A stretch of DNA of 64,000 bases from Octopus vulgaris (GCA_951406725.2 OX597834.1:42098001-42162000), one strand, 5' to 3'; shown: positions 1 to 12,239, numbered from the stretch's first letter. Translations and numbers: made by a program. The notes: generated from the sequence alone by a model not told the origin.

Positions 1-190
1 TGTTTTTTTTTATAGTATATGTTTTCTATATGGTGTGAATAACATCTTTCTTTATTGAATTGTTTAATAGAGGTTTTTCTCTAAGTGTTATACATATATT
101 ACATATAGTGAAATTTGATATAAAATTGTTAAATTGAACTTTTCCCTTTAAGTTTTGGAATTATTTTCTCTATTATTACTATAATATATA

Positions 191-247
<57 letters not shown>

Positions 248-250
248 TAC

Positions 251-430
251 ATCACGTGATCACATGATTGACTAGACCATCAGATGTTGCTACACATCGC
301 TGGTCACAATGCGTTCGCATTGTTTTAGCCTTCGTACGACGCCACCCCACTGGCTAAGCGAGCAGGCCAATATATATATATATATATGTATACCTACATA
401 TATGTATATATATGTATACCTATATATATG

Positions 431-465
<35 letters not shown>

Positions 466-578
466 ATAAAAGCGCCAGCGGGGTGGCGTCATTTGAAGGC
501 TAAAACAATGTGAAGCGCATTGTGACCAGCGATGTGTAGCAACATCTGATAGCTTGGTCGGTCGCGGTGATCACGGTG
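251..578. mobile_element. Two inverted 3-prime fragments of SINE family C flanking a TA/TG microsatellite
   Basis: 251-370 and 476-578 are reverse complements and match the tail of the element at 12908-13172. Confidence 0.8.
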
Positions 579-711
579 GTGTGTGTGTGTGTGTGTGTGC
601 GTGTGCGTGCGCGTGTGTCGCTGCAAACCGTTTGACAAGTGCCAACGCAGAAACTCTCGAGTCTTGAGTCATTTTGACACTCCTGCTCAATATCAATAAA
701 ACACACACACA

Positions 712-764
<53 letters not shown>

Positions 765-893
765 GTGGGACTCTTATAGAGTTACTGTTTACAAAATTCA
801 CTCACTGAGCTTTAATGAAAACAGATCAACACCCGACGTATGCCTCACTTGTTATTCTGGTTTCATCATTACTCGTACGGTTACCACCTCGTC

Positions 894-2281
894 GCTGATA
901 ATCGCCTGCATATACAGGTTGCATTCCCTTGTCGTAAAGACTACCAAAAGAATATGGCTGCTCGGTCGGTAATCTAAAGCACGTTAACATTGCAAAGTAG
1001 GTCTGTGGTACAGCAAAAAGTAAATGGCAAGATGTTTTTAATGCGACCGCTTTGTGTCTTTTATATAAACAGCTTCAATATAAACTTCTTACTGCTGTTG
1101 TACAAAACTAACGTACCCAGCAAAGGGGCACCCGCAGAAGCAGACTCGCGTTCCTCAACACATAAAATTGATGGGGGCTAACAAGAGATTTACCCCCCCC
1201 CCCCCTAGACAACAATGAGTGGCCGGTATTAGTATGACTATTATGACGACAAAATAAGTACTACCGTTTCTGCAGTTTCTCAAGTTGATTATGACTCTAT
1301 CCTCGAAGTATTTCTGTTTTTAATCTTTTACTTGTTTCAATTACTTGACTGCAGCCATGCTGGAGCACCGCTTTGAAGGTGCTGGGGTCGATTTGTTCGA
1401 CTAAAACCCCTTCCAGGCGCTGCTCCAGCATGGCTGCAGTCAAATAACTGAAAGAATAAAAGGTTAAAAAATAGACATACGTCGAGGATAGAGTCATAAT
1501 CAACTTGAGAGACCGCAGAAATGGTAGTACTTATTTTGTAATAATAGTAATACTAATACCGGCCGCTCATTGTTGTCTAGGGGGGTAAAGCTCTTGTTAG
1601 CCCCCATCAATTTTATGTGTTCAGGAACGCGAGTCTGCTTCTGCGGGTGCCTCTTTGCTGGGTACGTTAGTTTAGTACAACAGATGTAAGAAGTTTACAT
1701 AGGCGTAGGAGTGGCTGTGTGGTAAGTAGCTTGGTTCCGGGTTCAGTCCCACTGCGTGGCACCTTGAGCAAGTGTCTTCTACTATTCCACGGGCCGACCA
1801 AAGCCTTGTGAGTGAATTTGGTAGACAGAAACTGAAAGAAGCCCGGTGTATATATGTATATATATATATATGTATGTGTATGTGTGTATGTTTGTGTGTC
1901 TGTGTTTGTCGCCCCAACATCGCTTGACAACCGATGCTGGTGTTTTTGAGTCCCCGTAAGTTAGCGGTTCGACAAAAGAGAACGCTAGAATAAGTACTAG
2001 GCTTACAAAGAATAAGTCCTGGGGTCGATTTGCTCGCCTGAAGGCAGTGCTCCAGCATGGCCAAAGTCACATGACTGAAACAAGTAAAAGAGTAAAAGAG
2101 TATTTAAACTGTTGATATAAAAAGACCCGAAACGGTGGCGCTAAAAATATCTTACCATTTTCTGTTTGTTGTACTATAGACCTACTTTGCTGGGTCAATG
2201 TACTCTAGATCATCGGCCGAGTAGGTTTTGGTAGTTTTTGCAACTAAGGAATGCAACTGTTATATGCACGTAATTATCAGC
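894..2281. repeat. Long imperfect inverted repeat (foldback), arms about 480 bp; right arm interrupted by a SINE
   Basis: 894-1375 aligns with the reverse complement of 1411-1697 plus 2101-2281. Confidence 0.95.
1701..2100 (+). mobile_element. tRNA-derived SINE family A, near full length, with internal microsatellite
   Basis: A-box-like TGGCTGTGTGG, B-box-like GGTTCAGTCCC and an (AGTAAAAG)n tail; many copies in the window. Confidence 0.9.
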
Positions 2282-2516
2282 ATAACGGTGTAAGTAAATA
2301 TGTTTTGTAATTTTAATCTTGTTGTGAAATGAAACTGTTTTTGGTGAATATGTTGATTAATTAATAAATTAATCTGTTTTTATAATTTGATAGAAAGGTT
2401 TGACATCTTCTGATATTCTATTTAATATATTCATTGAAGAAATATCTTTTCAAAATTTTTTGTATCAAACCTGTGCATCTTGGATAAATAAGAGGTTGGA
2501 ATATCCTCATTGTGAC

Positions 2517-2598
<82 letters not shown>

Positions 2599-3109
2599 TG
2601 TATGTATGTATGTACGTACGTACGTACGTACGTATGTATGTATGTATGTATATATATTCCAAGAAAGTTAGAGGTTGTGAATCCAACCCACTAAAGGATA
2701 ATATCTATCCAATATATTGCTGGTAGAATACCCAGTTATTAATACACAAGTATTTTGATTGCATTGCTATTACATTACCAAGTGTACTAAATGGGTGAAG
2801 GTAAAGAGATATTTTACCATTAATTTATAGAGCAAATAAGAAAATGGAGGAGAACAATAGGTGGTTCATCAACTTTTAGACATTATATTATGTTAACTTA
2901 TTTATTTATTTACTAAACTGATAATTACAATAATATACATACATATAACATATCATTCTTTACATATAAGATATAAGATATAAAATACAGTAATATATAA
3001 GGATGAAAGATTAATATGTTATATGTATGTATGTACATTTTGATTGATTCGGAGTACATCGTTTCCGCACCTAGGATTATATATATATATGCATATATAT
3101 ATATATATA

Positions 3110-3890
3110 TATATACGACGGGCTTCTTTCAGTTTCTGCCTGTGAAATCCACTCACAAGGCTTTGGTTGGCTCGAGGCTATAGTATGTTCTTTTTTACTC
3201 TAGGCACAAGGCCCCAAAATTTTGGGGGAGGGGGACAGTCGATTAGATCGATCCAAGTACGCAACTGGTACTTAATTTATCGACCCCGGAAGGATGAAAG
3301 GCAAAGTCGACCTCGACGGAATTTGAACTCAGAACATAAAGACAGACGAAATACCGCTAAGCATTTCACCCTGTCTGCTAACGTCTCCTATTTCTTTATT
3401 GCCCACTAGGGGCTAATCATAGAGGGGACAAACAAGAACAGACAAACGGACTAAGTCGATTACATCGACCCCAGTGCATAACTGGTACTTAATTTATCGA
3501 CCCCGAAAGCATCAAAGGCAAAGTCGACCTCGGCGGAATTTGAACTCAGAACGTAGCGGCAGACGAAATACCTATTTCTTTATTACCCACAAGGGGCTAA
3601 ACATAGAGGGGACAAACAAGGACAGACATAAGTATTAAGTCGATTACATCGACCCCAGTGCGTAACTGGTACTTAATTTATCGACCCCGAAAGGATGAAA
3701 GGCAAAGTCGACCTCGGCGGAATTTGAACTCAGAACGTAGCAGCAGACGAAATACCGCTAAGCATTTCGCCCGGCGTGCTAACGATTCTGCCAGCTCGCC
3801 CACCTTTGGCTCGAAGCTATAGCAGAAAACACTTGCTCAAGATGTCACGCAGTGGAACTGAACCCGGAATCATGTGTTTGGGAAGTAAGC
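3110..3890 (-). mobile_element. SINE A fragment containing a tandem trimer of SINE family B (about 3190-3805)
   Basis: The trimer is flanked by the duplication TTGGCTCGA(G/A)GCTATAG and holds three copies of the ATCGACCCCG...AAAGGCAAAGTCGACCTC core. Confidence 0.85.
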
Positions 3891-3955
3891 TCGACGGCGA
3901 AATTTCGAACTCATTTTAGCATTCTGTGCAAAAAATTACGATATTCCTGCTGTTT

Positions 3956-4358
3956 ACTCTTTTCTCTTTTACTTGTTTCAGTCATTTGACTGCGGCCATG
4001 CTGGAGCACCGCCTTTAGTCGAGCAACTCGACCCCGGGACTTATTCTTTGTAAGCCCAGTACTTATTCTATCGGTTTTTTTGCCGAACCGCTAAGTGACG
4101 GGGACGTAAACACACCAGCATCGGTTGTCAAGCAATGCTAGGGGGACAAACACAGACACACAAACACACACATATACATATATATACATATATACGACAG
4201 GCTTCTTTCAGTTTCCATCTACCAAATCCACTCACAAGGCATTGGTCGGCCCGAGGCTATAGCAGAAGACACTTGCCAAAGGTGCCACGCAGTGGGACTG
4301 AACCCGGAACCATGTTGTTGGTTAGCAAGCTACTTACCACACAGCCACTCCTGCGCCT
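3956..4358 (-). mobile_element. SINE family A, full length
   Basis: Reverse complement of the 1701-2100 and 29515-29927 copies. Confidence 0.9.
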
Positions 4359-4919
4359 ATGCTAGTTATTATTTATTGGTAACTCCCGCTATATTGGCAC
4401 CGCAGTAATTAATAATCTCGGCGGCAATCTTTACGACATTATATAAGTTCTTTGTGCATCTTACAGTCTTGTTTACAATTTACGATGTCGCTCATGACGC
4501 CTGAAGTTCGGCAGCTTTGAAGGACGTGGGAAAAGAACCTTCATGCGTCAAAGTCCGATTAAACACATATAAATATAACTTCCTGATATATACTTATTAT
4601 TATAAAAAGCAGGTCAATTAGGGTAAGGTTATTCAGTGCAAGGAGCAGTGCATGACGGCCTTGAAATAAAATAAGAGAGCCAGAGGGAGAATGAAAAAAA
4701 CCACAACAGCAGCTGTTGTCTAATGATTTAATGACCAGAAGAAACACCTCCGCCGTGAGATCTGTGTCTGCTTGGCTTTAAAACGTTGACCACATATATG
4801 TGCGCTCGCGTGTGTATTTGTTTGTGTGTATGTATGTTTGTATATATATACGTAACATATGGTACAATTATAAACAGGGCAAATTTAAGCCATTTCTCTG
4901 CAGACTGAAAAAAAAAAAA

Positions 4920-4989
4920 AGAATGATGAAGAACCTTAATCGATTTTCGAACCTTATTGAGTTCTCATCAGAGGCGTCCACATCATTCT
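4920..4989 (-). ncRNA. Minimal type I hammerhead ribozyme
   Basis: Minus strand reads AGAATGATG-TGGACGCCT-CTGATGA-GAAC-TCAATAAG-GTTC-GAAA-ATCGAT-TA-AGGTTCTT-CATCATTCT. All core nucleotides are present and stems I, II and III pair. Confidence 0.8.
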
Positions 4990-5316
4990 GACAGTCTCCA
5001 GAGAAGCAAGCAGCCAAACTGTTTATATACTCAACAGTGCGGCAAGGTTAGGGTTTAACAGTGATGTGATCGCAAGCCACCCGTACAACTATTACTGTTT
5101 TGAAAGCGGTAACAAGAATATATAATCAGTAAGTAATTAAGTTGCTTTGATATTGCTTTCGAAGTCCAGCAAGTTCGGGGGAAAGAGTAAGTCGATTACA
5201 TCAACCCCAGTGCTCAACTAGTACTTATTTAATCTACCCGGAAAGGAAGTAAGGCAAAGTCAACCTCGGCGAGAATTTGAACTCAACGTAAAGACACGTT
5301 TGATATAGCAGTTCAT

Positions 5317-5667
5317 GGAGGCGCAATGGCCCAGTGGTTAGGGCAGCGGACTCGCGGTCGTAGGATCACGGTTTCGATTCCCAGACCGGGCGTTGTGAGT
5401 GTCTCCGGCAGGGATGGTGGTGATCCCTGCTGTACTCTTTTACCACAACTTTCTCTCACTCTTACTTCCTGTTTCTGTTGTACCTGTATTTCAAAGGGGC
5501 CGGCCTTGTCACTCTCTGTGTCACGCTGAATATCCCCGAGAACTACGTTAAGGGTACACGTGTCTGTGGAGTGCTAAGCCACTTACACGTTAATTTCACG
5601 AGCAGGCTGTTCCGTTGATCGGATCAACCGGAACCCTCGTCGTCGTAATCGACGGAGAGCTTCCACC
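5317..5667 (+). mobile_element. tRNA-derived SINE family C (tail type 1)
   Basis: Head GGAGGCGCAATGGCCCAGTGGTTAGGGCAGCGG...TTTCGATTCCC; closely similar to 47825-48195. Confidence 0.88.
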
Positions 5668-6416
5668 ATAGCAGTTCATAGGATAAAACCTCGGTTGTGG
5701 ACATGTTTAAACTATGACAGAACTGTGTCTTGAATTTAGCGCGTGGCAAAAGCCTTTAGCTCGAAGTTTTTTTCTAGCCGTATTTTTGCTAGCTTTTTGT
5801 ATGAACTGTTGCAATTTCGACAGTTTCTTTTCTCTTTTCACTCAATGCATGTGTCATGTATCTTGGGGCGATCATCTTCCTGCGATTTGATATGTGAGAG
5901 ATGGAGAGATTAGCCGTTTGGTATAACTCATGCTGAGACATTAATGATTAATGATTGATGAAAGTGATAAACTAGCAAGAGGAGAAGAGATCACGCTTTC
6001 TCGACTCTAACAATAAGGTGGTGCATAAAAACGTGCGTCTTTAGTTTTCAAACTTCTGTTTTTTTCCTCTGCAAATCGAAAATATTCGAAAGAAAAAACG
6101 ACAAAAAAGAAACAAAACATGAAGCATATTTATTTTATGAAGATATTGATAGCATTCATATCGGATTATTCCCGTATTATTGATATCTGGTTAGATATTT
6201 GAACCCGCAAATAGTTACATATCTAGATAATGACGTAGAAAGAACACTTTTAACTAAGATTATACAATGAAGACTGATGTAAACTTTGAACACAATCACA
6301 CAGCACTATGGAAACTAATGCATTTCCGTTTTCTGTGGTTTCAGGTTCAGTCCCACTGCGTGAAACCTTGGGTAAGTGCCTTCTTTTATTGCTTCTGTTC
6401 GACCAGTGCCTTATAT

Positions 6417-6794
6417 ATTTGACTGCGGCCATTCTCGAGCACCGCCTTTAGTCGAGCAAATCGACCGCGGGACTTATTCTTTGTAAGCCCAGTACTTATT
6501 CTATCGGTCTCTTTTTGCCGAACCGCTAAGTGACGGGGAAGTAAACAGACCAGCATCGGTGTCAAGCAATGCTAGGGGGACAAACACAGACACACAAACA
6601 TATACACACACATACATATATATACATATATACGACAGGCTTCTTTCAGTTTCCGTCTACCAAATTCACTCACAAGGCATTGGTCGGCCCGGGGCTATAG
6701 CAGAAGGCACTTGCCCAAGATGCCACACAGTGGGACTGAACCCGGAACCATGAGGTTGGTTAGCAAGCTACTTACCACACAGCCACTCCTGCGC

Positions 6795-6796
<2 letters not shown>
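6417..6796 (-). mobile_element. SINE family A
   Basis: Same sequence as other family A copies. Confidence 0.88.
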
Positions 6797-6831
<35 letters not shown>

Positions 6832-6959
6832 TAAATAAGGGCAAAAAAATTTCTAGGCCAATATGCCGAGAAACAGACTTCATATTTGTAGTTTCGCGCA
6901 TGCGCATTGTTTGTCTTTGATTTTGTCGATTACATTGTATAGTAGGGTCAGTTGGGTAC

Positions 6960-8085
6960 CGTCTGTGAGAAAAACAGCACCATCACGCAGTTCACTCGAC
7001 CAGAAATTTGGAAACGACACGCTGTACTGCTTGGCGTTCATGCCGGAAGCTCCAATACCAACAGTTCAAAGTGTCTGGATGTCATTCTGGGGACTGCAGA
7101 GAATTCGGAAAGAGTTGGATGAGTCTAGTGGCGATTTCGAAGGTACGGCAACTCGGAAAACTCACTCTGATCGTTCTGAGAAGAAGAGAACTCCCGAATT
7201 TGTTGATTAGATCCAGGCCATGATTGACAACGATCCCTCCAAGTCAATCAGGTCCATCACCAGGGACATGGGAGTGTCTGAATTTCTTATCAAGCAGGTG
7301 GTGCATGAAGACATTCAGTATTCGTCATACAAGACGAGAAAGGCCCAATTTTTATCCCAAGCTATCAAGGACAAGAGGAAATACCGCGCTACGAAGCCTT
7401 GGAACAAACTCAAACATCTCCTCCAAATGAACATGCTTTTTTTTTTCAGACGTGAAAAATTTCTACCAGGATCTGATGGTGAACGCATAGAACAACCGTT
7501 GGCTTACTGTATTCCCAGAACATGTACAGAGAGTGATAAAAATCAAACATCCAGCCAACATCATGGGGCTTCGAGTGATCACTAGTGATGGTGACGTTAT
7601 GCCTCCATTCATCTTCCCAGACGGCCTCAAACTCAACACGGAGGCCTACATCAAATGCCTGGAGTGGGTAGTGATGCCCTGGGTCAAGAGGGTTGCTGCT
7701 AGAAGACCACACAAGCAGGAGTACCCAGTCATGGCTGTCAGACAATTTCTGCGACCACGCCAGCCCTAACATCTGGCCACCTAGATCCCCAGACAGTAAC
7801 CCCCTTGATTATTATGTGTGGGGCACAGTTGAGCGAGTTACCAACAAAACTCCTTGTAACACCAAAGATGAACTGAAGGCAAGGATTATGGCTGCATTCA
7901 CCAACTTAAACAAGAAGACCATCCAGAAGAATCGCGAGAAATTCCAAAGTCTCCTGGAGGCTGTGGTTGAAGTCAATGGCGATTTTCTTGAATAAATTTA
8001 CTCTTTAGTATTTCAAGATATTTTAATGCACTTTTGGTAAATATATCTGCTTAATTTAGACGACAATTTATTCACCACACCCTGC
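6960..8085 (+). mobile_element. Decayed Tc1/mariner transposon (maT/DD37D-like); frameshifted transposase
   Basis: Overlapping ORFs give an HTH region (DPSKSIRSITRDMGVSE), ITSDGDVMPPFIF...NTEAYI and WPPRSPDSNPLDYYVWG. The central DDE segment appears deleted. A second 3-prime fragment lies at about 11560-11715 (-). Confidence 0.88.
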
Positions 8086-8888
8086 CGTGCGTTGTATCCT
8101 TGAGCAAGACACTTTATTCCACATTGCTCCAGTTCACTCAGCTGGCAAAACTGAGTCGTACCTATATTTCAAAGGGCCAACCTCGTTATTTTCTTATTTC
8201 TTTATTGCCCACAAGGGGCTAAACACAGAGGGGACAAAGAAGGACAGGCAAAGGGATTAAGTCGATTAGATCAACCGCAGTACGTAACTGGTACTTAATT
8301 TATCGACCCCAAAAGGATGAAAGGTAAAGTCGACCTCGGCGGAATTTGAACTGAGAACGTAACAGCAGACGAAATACCTCGTTACTTTCTGTGTCACGCT
8401 GAATCTCCATGGGAACTACTGTAATGGCACACGTGACTGTGGAGTGCTCAGCCACTTGCATGTTAATTTTACGAGCAAGGCTGTTTCGTTGATCGAATCA
8501 ACTGGAATTCCCATCGTCGTAATCGAATGGGTGCCACCTATATTGTTTTCATACCTTTGTATTTGCTGAATGTCGTATAGATTCAATGGAATCTTATATC
8601 GGTGTTGGTAAACATGTGCTTCAAAAACTACACCGACCACATTAAATCTCGTTACGACCTTGCATAGTGCAAACCAGCAAGATTTCGTCGCCGTTGTTTA
8701 TGTTTTGAATGGCCTTCAGAACTACAAAGAGAAGTTGCGAGTGACCATCTCCTTTGATCTCAATGTCTTCAGTCACATGTCCTTTCTAGTTTTAGATCTC
8801 GCCTTTCTCTTTTCCAGGTCATTGATTATTACTTGTTCGCTTTGTTGTGGAAACATTGATTCCTGAGCGACTACAGAATATGTAGTAA

Positions 8889-9192
8889 CTAGCAGTATCG
8901 CCCGGCGTTGCTCGGGTTTGTTTCGACCCTTTAGAATTGGAATTTTTGAAAAGTAAAAATTTTGCTTTATGTAGCTTGTTATTCTCTTTAAGTGAACATT
9001 TTTCTGGTTGAAATACACCGAAAAATGGCGACACAGCAGTCAAAGAATCGTAAAAAATAGGGATTTTCATAGAAAAAAAGCACCTTTCTTATGTAAATAA
9101 CTTTGGTGTTAACATGGTCCGATTTGAATTTTATCTTCTACGGAAGGAAGAGCAAGCCTTCTTCTATCATACTCTCAATTTTGGTCAACTTA
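8889..9192 (-). mobile_element. Non-autonomous Helitron-like element, 3-prime part
   Basis: Ends GAGCAACGCCGGGCGATACTGCTAG on the minus strand, the same terminus as 42366-42742. Confidence 0.65.
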
Positions 9193-9212
9193 GATATATA
9201 TATACATAGAAT

Positions 9213-9474
9213 ACTCAGAACGTAGCGGCAGACGAAATACCTATTTCTTTACTACCAACAAGGAGCTAAACGCAGAGTGGACAAACAAGGACATACAATG
9301 GAATTAAGTCGATTACATCGACTCCAGTGCGTAACTGGTGCTTAATTCATCGACCCCGAAAGGATGAAAGACAAAGTCGACCTCGGCGGAATTTGAACTC
9401 AGAACGTAGCGACAGACGAAATACCGCCGAGCATTTCGCCCGGCGCGCTAACGTTTCTGCCAGCTCCCCGCCTT
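9213..9474 (-). mobile_element. SINE family B, full copy joined to a partial second copy
   Basis: Family B core; junction GACGAAATAC|CTATTTCTTT is the same as at about 3571. Confidence 0.85.
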
Positions 9475-11084
9475 CTTTTATGTGACACATTCTACCAGTA
9501 TACGAAGTTTGAAAGTGTTTAGCTACAAAAAATTATTTTTTAAAATCTGTCGGTGAAAAGGTCAAGATCCGAGATACTTTAAATGTTTTATACGCTTTTT
9601 TTTAATATTACATTATCTTTCAATTACCGTGTCCTTGTTTGTAATTACTGAGGTATTTTTTTCTTTTAGATAATTACTGTATTTTTATTACATTATATCA
9701 TTACTATCTCACTATTATAGATGTTTCAAGCTATTTTTAACAAATCGATGAAGGAAAACACAGAACCAAGTTCTTAATTTATTAATAGCAACGATCATCA
9801 CAAAAATTTATGTAGGACAGTAAGGAAAAAAAAATGTTATAACAATGAAACGTAACGTGTTACTGGTGGCCTATTGTCATTCGTTCTTTTGGCGGCTCTC
9901 TTTTATCTGCTGCACATGTGTCGCCCGATCTTTGATGTCTTTCAGAATTATTTCGTGTTTCTCAAGCATTAATTCAGTATTTCCCAAACCTCTCATTGTT
10001 TAGATGTCTTTGTAAGCAGTGAAAAGAAAGCAAACATCAGTAACAGCAACTACAGTGGAGGCGCAATGGCCCAGTGGTTAGGGTAGCGGTCGGAGGATCG
10101 CGCTTTCGATTCCCAGACCGGGCGTTGTGTGTGTTTATTGAGCGAAAACACCTAAAACTTCACGAGGCTCCGGCATCTGTCTCTCCTCCCTTCTCTCTCT
10201 CTCTCTACCGCTGTTTCTGTCTGTCTGTACACACACGAACGTACATACATATATACACGTGCATGTATGTGTGTGTATATACATATACATACATTCATAC
10301 ATATATACATATATATATATATACATGCATGCATACATAGATACATACATACATACATATCTATACATGCATAGATACATTCATAAATACATATATACAC
10401 ACATGTCTGCAGGCATGCAACCATGCATACAAAACTGTATGTATTTATATACATATACACATATGCATTACACACTCACACACACACACACACACACACA
10501 AATATTGAAGCAATGTAGCTTATATTCTGCCTACATTTGACTTTATTACCTAATCGCGACGGCAATGGACTCGAAGGAAATGTCACGGGCAATGTTTCTC
10601 CTAATCATTTCTATTGAGTTCTGTTGTTTTTTTTGTTGTTTTAATTTGAATTTTATTTGAATTTTATTTTTGGAAGAAGACATTTAATGTGCAATGTTTC
10701 TGTTCACAGCAGCAAAAGTATTTGCCTCCCGAGTACAGGAACACTCGAAATGTTAAAGATAATTCTGGCTTGTTTTTAGACTGGCTTCAGTCCATTATCT
10801 CCACGTGTCAATCAGCAGGTTTCTTCGTGGTTGCCAAAAATAGTGGTCAAATATCTTCGTCGAATCACACTTTTCAGGTTGTTTTGAAAGAAAAAAAAAG
10901 AAGATTTATTACAAAATAAAACTATAACAACAAAAAAAAAAAACAACAGTAGTACGAGACATCGTTTATGTGTGGTAAAGAAAAGAAAAAAAAAGTAGGA
11001 GGGACGTTCACGGATGGAATGTTCTTTTTAATTATAGTTCTTAAAAGATTGGGTCGGAGGTGAGCTGAAGCTCAACAACGACCA

Positions 11085-11125
11085 TACCTACAACAACAAC
11101 AACAACAACAACAACAGCCGCTGTA

Positions 11126-11156
<31 letters not shown>

Positions 11157-11345
11157 CATCAACAACAACAACAGCAACAACAACCGTTGTAGCAGCAGCA
11201 GCAATCAACAACAACAATAACAGCAACAATAACAACAACAACAACAACAATAACAGCAACAACAGCAGCTAAAACAACAACAACAGAAACAACAGAAACA
11301 ACATAAACAATAACAACAATAACAACAGCAACAGCAGCAACAGTG
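11085..11345. repeat. (AAC)n/(CAG)n compound microsatellite
   Basis: Seen directly; followed by a truncated SINE C at about 11344-11540. Confidence 0.95.
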
Positions 11346-12239
11346 GTGGCGCAATGGCCCAGTGGTTAGGGCAGCGGACTCGCGGTCGTAAGAACGCAGT
11401 TTCGATTCCCAGACCGGGCACTGTGAGTGTTTATTGAGCAAAAACCACCTAAAGCTCCACGAAGCTCCGGCGGGGGAGGCTGGGTGAACCCCGCTGTACT
11501 CTTTCACCTCAACTTTCTCTCACTCTTTCTTCCTACTTCTGCCACAAAGCAGAAGATAACACTGACATCTCATTTTAACAGATATATTTACCAGAATTAC
11601 ATAAAAATATCTTGAAATGCTAAAGAGTAAATTTATTCAATAAAATAGCCATTGGCTTCAACCACATTCTCCAGACGACTTCGGAATCTCCTGCACTTCT
11701 TCTGGACGGTTTGTTCGACGCTCGAACTGTCCTGAGAATTTATCGTTGTAAATAATTTTCAACATAGGCAAAAGCCAGAAATTTGGGAGGGGCGGGGGCT
11801 ACTCGATTAAATCAAAGTGGACTTTAGTGATTTTTAATAATAAAAGTAAATATAATCTGTATATTCCATTCGTAATACGCTTACATGATATTACATCCTG
11901 TCCCATTAAACTAACATTATCTCTTAATAAATTAGGCGTTGGGCTTTTTTTTTTGGGTGGTTATCAGTTAAATAAAACCTACATTGTAAAGTGATATGGA
12001 AGTATTTGGACAGGTAAAAAAACGAGACACCTGCCGTGACTCGAACCGCCCCAGGGGCGATTGCATCACCAGATACACTACGGAACGTAACCATTTCCCG
12101 GCCCTCATTAAATACAACGAAGCAGCAAGGCCCTTACAAATTCAACGTTATTATTTCATTCTTATGTATGTCCCAGTCCTCAGGTTGTGGCCATGCTGGA
12201 GCAGTGCGAGTGTAATAACCTTTTCAAAAGCCAGTCTTA

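Noticed and set aside
5046-5057. Telomere-like GGTTAGGGTTTA
   Set aside because: Single unit only; expected by chance.
5317-5395. tRNA gene (also 10057, 11344, 18921, 47825)
   Set aside because: A and B boxes run straight into SINE bodies; these are SINE heads, not complete tRNAs.
7008-7995. Functional or domesticated transposase
   Set aside because: Multiple frameshifts and a deletion in the catalytic region.
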